NCBI GenBank assembly: GCA_043228905.1
Contig: JBHGNT010000007.1
Location: forward strand, 22,630,001-22,694,000
DNA length: 64,000 nucleotides
DNA from: Azolla caroliniana
Taxonomy: Eukaryota; Plantae; Polypodiophyta
Direction: 5' to 3'
Shown in pieces: positions 38,529-51,000 of this stretch. Numbering within the stretch: position 1 is the first letter of the stretch; each line of letters starts with the position of its first letter. The notes under the pieces were generated by a model. The model had not been told where the DNA came from. It made no database searches and saw nothing but the letters and a program-made list of their open reading frames with translations. A program made the translations under genes and the position numbers.

Positions 38529-38974
38529 TAGCAACCAGCAATGGTTCGGTTTGAATTGAATTGAACTACGAAACCGAAGCGTAACGGTTTAAACGGTTTG
38601 GTTTGGGGATCAATGATTTAGTTTGGTTAGGTTTCAACCTTTATTGACTTAACAACTTCTGGTTTAAACAAATTGAAACTGTAGTTTAAATAGTTTATAT
38701 GATTTAGGATCGACGCTTACATTTTCATTTTGAGGCTTAATTATGACATTTTAGGAAAAATCTTTAAAACATTGAATTTTGACCTAACTTGAAAAAATAG
38801 AAACCGAACCGCGAAACCACAATTTTAACGGTTTTAAAAAATCTCTAAAACCATTCGATTTTTAACTCTTTGGGTTTGAACAATTTTGTGGTTTGGTTTG
38901 ATTTTGTCTAAGTTTAAACAGTTGAGTTTGAGACAATGTCAAACACAACCACACTGAACCGTTGCTAATTGCTA
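38529..38974. mobile_element. Non-autonomous hAT-family MITE (446 bp)
   Basis: Imperfect TIRs TAGCAACCAGCAATGGTTCGG / CTGAACCGTTGCTAATTGCTA, flanks ATTGCGCT / ATTGCCCC (degenerate 8-bp TSD), AAACCG-type subterminal motifs. Confidence 0.75.
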
Positions 38975-39490
38975 ATTGCCCCTAGGTTTTGCTACTTCCC
39001 ATAAATTCCCTTTGGCCAACGCTCACCTTCTAACTCAACACTTTCTTCCCCAACTCGACACTTTGAAACATATTGTTGATTATGAAGCTGTGATAAGTCC
39101 GTCTTAGAGCCGGTACTCTTGGAAAATGTCAAAATGCAACATTAAGTTTGAAAGAATTCCTTGAAACCAACTTTGAATTAGTAGAGTTTATTGTCATGGG
39201 GAATTAGAAAAAAAATTATTTTCTTAACTGAAGGTAGTAAGAGTTGCTAGAGTAGACACATCAAAACCATTTCTTCAGAAAATTGGTCCTCTTTCAAGCC
39301 AATCATGACTACTTTCTTGAAAAGCTTGTTTATTGATTTATTGATTGTGACCAAGACAATAGCAATGGATGTATAAACAAAAAAATTGAAGACCCCTCAA
39401 TGAAAACAGACATAAATCCCAATGGAGAAAACAAAGACCATGTAGAAAAATTCTTTAGTTAAGAAATGTTGAAAACATCACCTTTGGGGG

Positions 39491-39838
39491 AAACAATGCC
39501 ATAAAATGATTACGATGAACATAATTTATCGTATAAATGAATGCAACTGTCACCAAAATTTTCTTCATCAATAAACAGATATGAAGCAAAGAAGCCCATG
39601 GATGATCTTTACTTTAGCTGCACAAAGAGGTGACGACAAGTAGTTCTTTCATCTGATCGGATGAGGGAAAACAATGCCATAAATGGTTACAAGATTAACA
39701 TAGTTTATCGTATAAATGAACGCAACAGTCACTAAAATTTTCTTCATCAATAAACAGATATGAAGCAAAGAGGCCCATGGATGATATTTACTTCAACTGC
39801 ACAAAGAGGTGACAACAAGTAGTTCTTTCATCTGATCA
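39491..39838. repeat. ~180-bp tandem duplication
   Basis: AAACAATGCCATAAA...AGTTCTTTCATCTGATC occurs twice. Confidence 0.85.
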
Positions 39839-40376
39839 GATGATCATCAACCTTTCAACTGTATTGTACATTGCTTTCCCATATGATCAAATACACGGGT
39901 TCTTGGTATCCGTTCATCATTTTCTGCTGTTAATTACCCAATCATAGAGGTAATGGATAAGTCTCCTTGGCATTTAGAAAAATCTGGGAGCAATCTCCAA
40001 CCAAGATCAACAATTCTCTACCATTACACCCATAAATGAAAATCAATTCTTGTATAAAGTTTTCACGACGTTTGTAAAAGAAACTAGGATACAAGCAAGC
40101 TTCTAATTCCTCATTGTGCATATATACAACCGCCTCAAATTATCCACCTATATCAATAAAACTCTAAATCCTGAAATAGTGTCTTTCTTTAGTGTTACTC
40201 ATCCCCATATCTACAATCATCAACAAACTTATGCAAATCCCTCCATCACCTTTCCAAAAATGAAAACGCATCTGTAAAAAACAAATAGAGATGAAACAGA
40301 CAATACTCTTCCTCATCCATATCTACAGAGCTGCCTACTGAGTCCAACCTTCCATAAATTGCGATACGCCGCTAAA

Positions 40377-43300
40377 TAGGAATCGGCAACGGCTCGGCTC
40401 AAGCCTAAACCGTTTAGATAAACCGGTTTAGACCGGTTTGGCGGTTTGGCGGCTCGGCTCGACTCGGCTTAGGTTCGAGTCGGGTTAAACGGTTTGAGCT
40501 CGGCTCGGCTCGGCTCAAGTTGTGCTAAACCGGCTCAAACCGGCTAAGCCGATTATTAAAATTAGGTCACAGTAAAAGTTAAAACACTTAAAAAGTTAAA
40601 ACACTTAAAAAGGTTAAAGTCTACAGTCTTAAGACTTAAGTCTTACACTACGACTCACAATCTACAGTCTACAGAGATCAGAGAGAGAGAGCTCGGAGAG
40701 GGGCTCGAGAGGGAGACTGAGGGAGAGCGACTGAGTGAGAGAGGATCTCCTGCAGGCTGCAACCTTCACCCTTTACCCTTCTACAGTCTACCGAGCTTAA
40801 TTACAGCCTACAGGTATCTCTTACTCCATAGTGGTAAAGGTAATGAATTTGATTTGCTGCACATAATGGTAATTATTTCCACGAGGGTCGACAAAATAAC
40901 AAAATTAATTGTTTCTAAAACGCTTTAAGAGAATTTTGCAAATATGTTACATGTGGTTCTATACACAGAGGCACATTATTCTCTCACAAATCAGTTGGAC
41001 ATCTCTGATTTCTCTTTTCCGTGGGCATTATTCATTCTCAGTTTCCTGTTCTTTCTTATCAGCCATCTTTAGTTGAGAACATTCTCTTCTGTTAACCAGC
41101 CTTGCCCTCTTCATCACTTATTCTGTTGCTAGGGAATTCCTGTCCTATTATAGCTAGTCATCTCTATTTATTAAGTTTTCTGTGATTATCTTACTTTATC
41201 AAATGATCTTTTCATTTATCAGAGCCCATGTTTCTGATGTACCAAAACTTCAAATTAATATTCGTTTCCTTCTTGGTTCCTTTCTGCGATCCATCCATAT
41301 CCACTTTTTCTGGATGCCACAATACCTTTAGCACCTTGTTATCAGATTCTGCCAAACTGTGTGAAACAAACTACCCTATTTGGCATACAAAAGTGCTATG
41401 CTGATAGGCAATGATATCTGTAATTGTCTTAAAAATGGATAAAATACTGTGAAGCCCACTAATTTTGTTTAATATCCATCCTGGGAAGAAACCACAAAAT
41501 GTACTACTTCTTGTTCTCAACATTGCCAACATTGTTCTCCAATAGTGTGCCAATATGACATGCGCATGGTGTATGACAGTCATTCAATGACTGGAGTCTG
41601 GTACCATATCAAATCCTATGCTCGGGTCCTCGTGGGAAAGGGAATTATGGGACATTCATTACTCACAATAAAGCTTTGGCAGTGGTCTAGCTTGTAAATT
41701 GCTAGAACTATGAGACAACATCGTTGTAGTGGTGGAGGATTTGACTTGAAGAGAATGATCAACATAATGGTACTTAACAATTTGTACTTAATTGCTTTCC
41801 AAAGGTTTGAAATTGAGATGATCCAATATACTCATGGGCTGTAATCATATTGAGATGATCCGATATATCAATTTTTTGTCTTATTTTTATTGAATGAAAA
41901 TTTTTGTCTTATTTTTATTGAATATTCAATGTTTTTTTAATTTATGTATAGGTACATACATAAACATGGAAGATAGCCAAGCTACAACTCATTTCTCTCC
42001 ACCCACAGATGCAACATCAATATCTGTCCCTCGAAGCATATCAAGGACAAGAAAAAGAAGTTCATGGACCGAGCAACACATGGTCACCATCAAGGAGGGA
42101 GATGTATCTAAACGTCGATGTGCTTATTGTCACTTGTTATGGTCAAGCTCTACATCTACAGGTTCTATTGCTAAGCATTTATTAGATAAGCATAATATTA
42201 ATAGCACATCACAACAACAAGCTTCTAATAGTGTTCTTGTCCAAACTCAAATAGATGCATCTATATCTACATTAGCTATATCTCGTACTCAAGAGAAGAG
42301 ATTGGATAGCATTATTGTTAGATATATAGTTACATCAATGCTACCTCATGCACATATTGAGTGTCCTAGTTTTAAAAGATTAATGCATGATATCTTGCCC
42401 AATTATCAACTTAAATCAGCTCGTACACTTAAAAGATTAGTGTTACGAATGTATGTTGTTCTTCGTCATTTAGTTATTAGTTATTTGTCCTCACAAAGTT
42501 TTAGATATGCTATAACTTATGATGGGTGGACAAATAATAGTTTGAAAGGATTTTATCCCATGACATTACATTGGGTCTCTTTGGAGTCTAGTAAGCCAAC
42601 TAGTGTGCTCTTAGACTTTCTAGATGTCTTTCCGGGAGATGGGGTAGGAAAACGTGTCGGGCAAGCTTTATTCTCGCGTCTAAAGTCATTTAATATCTCT
42701 TCACGTATTTTATCTACAACTTCTGATGGTGCTAGTGAGTCTCTAGTTGCATCAAAAGAATTGGCTCGATTATTACTTAGCCATCATGGACAAGAGATTT
42801 TACAACCATCACATATGTTAAGATGCATGGTGCATACCTATCAACTTGGTGTAAAGTCTGCATTAGAAGCTATTACTCCTTCTACTATGAAGTTAAGGAA
42901 GACATTACATTCTATACGTACAAGTAAAGTGAATAGAGCTATATTTAAAAAATATTCAAAAACCATGCATGAGAATGGGGAACATGAACCACCATGTCTA
43001 GATTGCATTACTAGATGGAATTCAACTCTAATTATGTATCAACAATCCCTAAAGTTAAGAGATGTCTTGATTTGTACCACAAGTGACAAGGCCATTGCTA
43101 ATGAGTTCGTTGACTATACACTTTCCATAGAAGATTGGAATCATATACAAAGTATGGAACAATGGTTACAAGTGCCTGCCAAAATTTGTAATCACTTGAG
43201 TGGGTCAAAGTACCCAACCCTCTCACTAGCAGCGCTTGCCTTCAACCACTTATTATCACATTGTAATAAGTATATATCTATGGATATCAACTCCGTTGAC

Positions 43301-44734
43301 TCACCCTCTGAGAAGATTACTCGTCAAGTGCAACATGACGCTAGTACCAATTTCCTACAATATCTAATCAAGTACCAAGAATCTTTGAAATCTGTTCCAT
43401 CTCGAATCACAATGTTTCTTGACCCTAGGTATGTGTTTTAATTGAAAATTTCCCTTTTTTAATATTTTTTTTGTACTAATAGTGTCTTATATTTGAATGT
43501 AGAGTTCCAAAACCAACAAATCCAATCGAGAGAGACCTTGATGTAGAGTTGGTGCAAACTGTTTTAACATCAGAATATCATGATCCTAATGTCGAAGATT
43601 CTCCACCCAATGATGCATGTGAAGGATCTCAATTTGAATATATGGAGTTTTGGTGTATGACCAATGAGAAATCTCATGATTCATCAATCCGGTCAGAAAT
43701 TGAAGATTTTTTGAAGCTTCCACGATCCAAGACTACCATATCTGACGTTCTACATTGGTGGTTTACAAATAGGTTTCATCAATATTGCATCATATTTTAT
43801 TAAACACATTTGTTGCTATTGTTGGTAATTAAGAAACACAATCTAACATTATCTTTTTTGGCCATTTGAAACAGAACTACTTTTCCAAGGATGTACAAAA
43901 TGGCATGTGATTATTTAGCAATTCCAGCTTCATCGGTGCCTTCAGAGGAAGCTAACTCCGAAGCTCGTGATAACTTTGAAGATAGGTACCGGTTGCATTC
44001 ATGCACTTTCAAGGCAGAAATGTGTATACGATCTTGGGTAGATTTGCTTGACAATGTAAACATTCCTCTACCGGAAGATATTAATGATGCCTATAATAGT
44101 TTAGATATCAATTTAGAAGAGATGATGGCAGAGGATGATGTTATTGAATACTTGTATTTGGACAAGTGAAAATGGTTGGAATATAACCAACTCGAACAAC
44201 TAATGATTTCTTACACTTTTTGAATAGTAAACATTTACATTTTCTCATTGTAAGTTTTCTAGTCTTTTTTAAACTATGAGACATTTGTCTTGTTTTTCTT
44301 TAAATTCTTTTTCATTGATTTTGTTTTCATGCTATTGTTGGTACTAAAGAGACATTTTGATCCTTGCAAACTGTTTCAATCGTCCTTAAATTCACTAATT
44401 GTTCAGTGTTTTACTTGTTTTTATCGGTCTTCATCAAGTCTTTAGTGTTTTACTTGTTCACTAATTGTTCAGTGTTTTACTTGTTTAGGGTTAGGAGGAT
44501 TTAACATATATTTCAATTTGTCAAGTTACAATAATCCAAACCGCTTCCCAAACCGCTTTCCAAACCGTTTCCTAAACCAGTTTAGACTAAACCGGTTTAG
44601 CCTAAACCAGTTTAGGGACTGGTTCGGTTCGGTTTGGTTCAAGTTTGAGAACCATTAAACGGTTTAGGCTTAGCCGGTTTGGCTTGGATAAGGCCAAACC
44701 GGCTAAGCCTAAACCGAGCCGTTGCCGATTCCTA
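40377..44734 (+). mobile_element. hAT (Ac/Tam3-like) DNA transposon, apparently autonomous, 4358 bp
   Basis: Perfect 21-bp TIRs TAGGAATCGGCAACGGCTCGG, perfect 8-bp TSD CCGCTAAA (40369-40376, 44735-44742), subterminal AAACCG/CGGCT arrays at both ends. Confidence 0.97.
41966..44169 (+). CDS. hAT transposase, 675 aa; exons 41966-43428, 43503-43772, 43875-44169
   Basis: BED finger CAYC...HLLDKH, D (YDGWT), D (TSDGA), CMVH, TRWNS, dimerization domain WW...YLAIPASSVPSE. GT-AG introns join in frame (2028 nt). Confidence 0.9.
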
Positions 44735-45094
44735 CCGCTAAATCTCAAAATAATGTGTGGCCAAGCTTGTCCAAAGATACAGCAATCACATTTATGCCTC
44801 TATCCACCATATCTGAAGCTGTTTCCATGGATGACGTCAATCTCTTATTTCTTCCAATGTTTGTTGACTGGCTTCAGAGCAAAAATAAACTGCTACAAAC
44901 AGCATTGGGCAGTCCCAATTGAGCATCACATGATATTATGAAATTCAATATATGAAGAATACAAACTTTGTTCCTCGCAATCTTTGGATCTCAGAACTCT
45001 TTATAATGACCCCCCACTAACTGAATTCACAATGGATTATAACTCAGAGTCGCAAAGGTAATACCCATAAATAACTTTGGATAGTGATAGCTGT

Positions 45095-48000
45095 CTACAG
45101 TAGAAGTGAGCCACCATTTTCAATGCCTTCTTGATTGTCCATTGACATTCTTACATGTGCTGCTCGCAAAGCATCTGCGAGATATTCATCCAATGCATCC
45201 AATTCACCATTATCACGCATTTGTGGATAGTCACAGGCAATGCATTCAATCGCACCCTCTACAAGCCTCCACTGCTCACACATATCTGCTAATTTTATAA
45301 CTTCTGTCCCTAAATGTAAGTTCTTTGCCAAAAGATCTAGAACAACCATCACGCATTGCTCATTCAGATCCTCAAGCAGCCATTGCTGGGCAACCTGAGA
45401 GAGTTCCACATACAACTTTAAATGCTTTATTTGATCTGACCTAAATAATGAAGACCACATACACCCTGCTTCTGGGATCTGTTTCTGTGGAAGAGTAGAT
45501 GAATATAGATACTGTAGCAGCCATCTCAAAGATTGGATATCTAAGGGAACCTTTAGAACTTTTGCAATGCTGCATATGACACGTACAAGATATTATTGCA
45601 TTCTTCCATAATAGTTTCATTCTTACAATAAAACTGAAAATTTCATGTTCATATTCTAGATACCTGTCTTGCATGCCTGATCGAAAAAGCCCCTCAAAAT
45701 AGCTACACTGTGCCGAAAGTATAGCCCGGTGTGCATGTTGGTGGCCTACATCTCCTTTACTCACATTACAACCAACTTGATAATTGTCCTTATCCTCGAA
45801 ATAAATATCTCTGCATGTAAAAATCAAAATCAGATATTAAGGCTACACGTCATATTTCATTTCAAAGATAGGAGTTTCTTTTCTTTTATCCTTTTATTAA
45901 ATACATTTATGGTATTGTTCTCTTCTGGCTTCTATTATTCAATAATTTCCTTCTCCTCTCTCTTACTAATTCTTTATCATAGCAACATGATATTGTTTTT
46001 AACCTGATCGTTACTCCAGTACACACACTGACTTCCCATAAATACTATTAGACAACATCATCAATGAATCAGAAAATCAGGCCACGGCTTTTTCTTTAGC
46101 TTTTTATCTTACACTTGTATAATGTATCAGATTATTTTTATTTTTTAGCTTTGATCATTTGGCCTTGGTTGCAGGAGTTAATACAACATTTCATTTCTCT
46201 CTAGAATTAAGAAACTATTTTACTCACGCAAAGTTGCAACCTTTACTGCCAACTGCAGAGGTGAAATCATGAATATCAGGAACACTGCCCCATACAGGCA
46301 TCTTCCCCTCGAGTAACCTGAAGAAAGTATCCATGTGGCATCGTTTTGCTAACAATTTGACATCAGCTACCAGTTCCTCATCAATGAATGCAAGTCCTTT
46401 GTATATGAATTCCAATAAAGTCTTCATTGAGGCTTCATGTATACGTGCTGAAAGATTTAACTCCATAGGATGCCTCCTTTGAGATGCTGCCTGTTTAGAA
46501 GAGGGCAAAAGATCCGGACATTTGATTGCAATAATCACCTTATGGGCATAAAGACGGTTACCACTAGAAAAAATCAGGTGAACATCTGCCGTGTTAATAT
46601 CGTTGAATAGTTTTGACAGTTGACTTCTATCAGATGGGAAACCAAACAAACCACAAGATGCAAGACAGCACGATGCCCACCAGCGAATGCCTTCAGCAAC
46701 TTTCCGGGAGCCAGCTAAGACAAGTAAATGGCTGTCGATGTCTTCATCTGGCATGATACTCCAGTTCAAAGGGTTAGAAAATCTCTTCTTCAGAGCTGCA
46801 TTTATCTTTTGGGCTGTGTATGATCCGCGAGCTAAATTAGCAAATCCCCATAAGGTAAAAAATAAGATAGGATTACTTCCTTCCCATATGTTCAGGTTAT
46901 TGCAGCAACACATGTTCAGATCAACAGGTATATATAAGCATGTTGTAGCAGCAACACGTGTCTGAAGTGACACATTTATAAAAGAGTGTGCCTTGATAAC
47001 TTCAACAAATACATCCAACACACCATGCTCAAGAAGTTGTCTATGACAATGTGCAGATACAGACAAACAGCTCGTGGCAATTAAGCTCATAACAGTAATC
47101 ATGTTCTCAGTTGCTGCTCCAGAACTGAACGTTAGTGAAAGCTTACTGACAAAAGAAGGTAACCAATCATATCCATGTTGTTGCAAGCGAAGCTCAAGCC
47201 TACATTTCGTAGTGTCTGACAAGTGATGTGATGGTGAATAAAGAAGGAAAAGTACCACTTTACAAATTAGAACACCTTCTAAACCTGTGCAATAGAGATC
47301 CTGTAGATGCTTTAAATCTGGGTCTATACCCCTCCTGTCAACCACTTTCAACAGTATCGCACTGATGAAAAATCCAGCATAGTTATGGTTAGAGATAGCA
47401 TACCCTTATATATGAAATTCCTCAACAACCATGTAATAAAGTGCATTATATAAAATGACAAATGGACTGAAATGGAATTGCTCTTGAAGGTTATGGTAGT
47501 TCAATAAAACCATGAAGCAATAACCTCAAATGATAAGTTGAAATGCAGAATCCACACAGAACATTTTATTCAGAGCCCATGCCAGGAGAGATGAAAGAGA
47601 AAGGCAAATTGGAAAATAATTTAAGCATGCAACCCAGGAATAATGTAGTTTTTTCCAACAAAACAGGCAAGAATGGCAGCCTGCTTTTATACATGCACTT
47701 GAGACATGTGATAATTCGTACATTCATTATGTAAAAACGTGCTTCCAGATGGGGAATTCCCCCCTATATATGGCAGTGAAATTTAAAAAATCACAGAACA
47801 GAAACAGATGAAATATGTTCACAACAGTAAAACAGGTAGGACTTGCAACCGGGTTTTACACATGAACTTCAGGCATGCGATAATACCTTTGATACATTCA
47901 TCATACATTTGGATGAAAATCAGTGCTTCCAGAAGGGGAAATTCACTGCATCCTATGGCAGTAAAATTTAAATTATCCAGACACAGAAATGGATGAAATA

Positions 48001-51000
48001 TCCTCGCAACAAGGATAAGAAATGTGCCTGGCATGGGAAGACCTGACTGAACCATAATGCCATGGATGAAATGTGTTTGGTGGACTATTATATCCGTAAT
48101 TGTTTTAATACAAATAGCAGGAACATATTTCTTGTTGTCACATATATATGAGACCACAAGCATGAATAGACGACAGTGACCTATGGAATAGAAGACCCTC
48201 AATAGTCTTCAGGGTGAGCGATTTTATCGTTAGTAATAAATAGAGAAATTATAAAGCTTCAGCATAAGAAACATGAAAAGTGAACACTGCGTATGATTCT
48301 GAGGACATAAATATATTAAATTTAAGACAAATTTATTCACTTCAATAATTTAATTTGGAATTCCAGAGCAAATATGCACATAAAGAATGCATCATAATCT
48401 GCATGCAAGAAAAAAAATCTGTGATGCCGGTAAAGAAAACACCAATCCTTGTTCATGAACTGATGCATGGAATGATCTTGTGGAGCTGAATTCATAAGCC
48501 TGCCAAGGAAAAGCACATGACTAACACCAGATTACCGATTGTCAAACATGTACACATACAGACATACCCATATGTATGTGTGGAACATAAGCTCATGTAT
48601 GTGTGACTTAATTAATATTGTACTTTATACTCATTTCTTTTTCTCTAAATTGACATGCATAGGTATGTGTTTAGAGTATTTTTATAACTGCAAGATACAT
48701 TGGTCAGATTTGTTTTTACTAAATGGAAATCTGTATCTCCCACAACGTGTTATCCCAATTTCTGCATATGGGTTCATTCACAAGTTATTCCCAGAAAACC
48801 AGCAGTCATCAATGCTTTGAAGCTGAGGGCTCCCCAGTAGAATGTTCTAGATATTATAGAAAGTCTGAAATGATATGGAACGTAAGGCATCTAGTTCTGC
48901 AACTGTCAATTAATTTTTAACACATTCAATCACTCTCTTATCTTCCAATGACTTCCTACCCTACAGCAGCCTCTAAAAAGAAGGCTTCAGTAATGGAAAC
49001 AATCATAAATCCAGACTTACTCAAGATATAGATACTAGAAAATTATAGTATATGTGCCAGGTGAATTCATAAAGAATAATATCCACTTGGCAACTGAACA
49101 ATCACTGTCCCACCAGCAATCTAGGTTCTCGTTTAACACATACAGATTATAGGACTAGAAAGTAATCCTAAAAGAATTCTTTGAAGGTCGGAGCTTACCA
49201 TGCAAAATCAACTGTTCTTGATATCAATGCCACTTGCTGTTTTGTTCTCAAAAGGGTTTCCTCACCTAATGTAGGAGCATTAATGAAGAGCCAACCCAAT
49301 GCATCCCACAAAACAGGCCCAAGAACTGCATCATACTTTGCTGACTTTGTAATGACAGCAATATCTTTTTGGACATGGCTTTGTACACCAGCATCATATA
49401 TGTCTAGTAATAAGTTGCAAGAAACGGTGGAAAATCCAGCCCTCCAAAAGGAGTGATGATGATTTCCAGGTAAACGAAGTAAGCCCTGAGCTGCTTGAGA
49501 TGCTTTCAGCACTAAATTTTTAACATCTGAAGGCCATCTAGAATTAGTATATTCTAGTCCTTCAGAAATTGCATATGTGATATTTTTGCAAACAGTATCA
49601 GCAAGGGACTCACTGAATAACGTGCTCAAAGCACAAGATCTCTACAAAAGGATCACAACACTATTAGCAACTTCCTACTGCAAAAGACACAGAATCATGC
49701 CACTAACAGATAAGGAAGTTCAAACATACTGTCAAAGTATAAAGAAAATGGAATGCTTCAGTTCTGATATTGCAACTCCTTGATGGGTTCGTATTAGTCA
49801 CTAAACAAGTTGATACTGCGTCACTGTCTTGAACCTGCAATGATGCAACCCCTCCACACAGGGCTACACAATTAATTAGGTAAACAAAAGATGACAAGTA
49901 TTTGATTCATCTCTATTAATCATTACTATGATAATAACTCAAAAGAGGTAATGGCATACCTAATGCAGCACAAAGCCTCAGAGCCGCAGATGAGACAGCT
50001 TCATTTAAATTTGAACATTGAAAGAGAACAGTTTTTTGGAAGTTTGAATTGCTACCAAGGGAAAATCTCGCGACTTTCCAGAAGTGACAAATAGCTGAAA
50101 GTAGATCAGCTATTGCTATATAAAGGGAGCTTCCTTCTCCATCAAATCTTTCATGCGTCTGTAATCTATATCCCAAAATATTTAGTACATTCATATCTTT
50201 GAGTGCTTTCCATAAATCTTCTACCCCAATGCCTTCTCTTGACTTGGCTAAGTTAGTAATGATTACTCGCAAAGATGTTGCACATGAAGTAACAGTACTG
50301 GTATTACTGCATAAAAGCAGATGTACAAGAGGTGCATATACTCCTTGAAACTTAGATCCAATGAATGAAACACCCCCAGATGTTATCAACATAGTGGTTA
50401 CTTCTACTGCAACACGGTAAACTTGCTCACTTTCTGCCTTCAGCAATCCTTCTAGTGCTGATATAATATCGTCCAATAAGTTTTTCTGCCCATCATGAAA
50501 GACCATCAGGTACTTGCCTGACAGGACAGATTCTAAAGTAAACATTCATCACACTTAGAAACAAGTCCATATCTGCACCATAATAAAGATTATATCGACA
50601 AAATATGCAATAAGATTCAGACAAGTTTTAATATTCATTGACAATGCAGACAGATGTAATTGAAGTATAAATTATAGAAAGACAACCAATGAAAATAGAA
50701 AGAATACTTGATAAAATGTCAGATTCTGCATGTATCATGTTTCTACCAAACCAGGAAAAACGTTTACAATGTTGGCCTTGAACAATCAAAGATTAAATTT
50801 CCAGCAGAAAAACCAAAACACACTTTAATACCAGCATTAGATGACAAACATTTGGATAGATTTGCCAAATAAAGAAGCTAGCAAATACTGACTACAGGTC
50901 TAACATAAGCCAATAGCAGCACAGCCTCTTTTATATATTTAGAAAGTAGATTTGCTTTCTAGATCTGCTTTTCCTTTATACAGACGACATGACACTTAAA

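Noticed and set aside
48723-48920. Possible extra BTB exon
   Set aside because: Candidate acceptors lead to in-frame stops, and exon 49199-49641 splices in frame directly to 47361.
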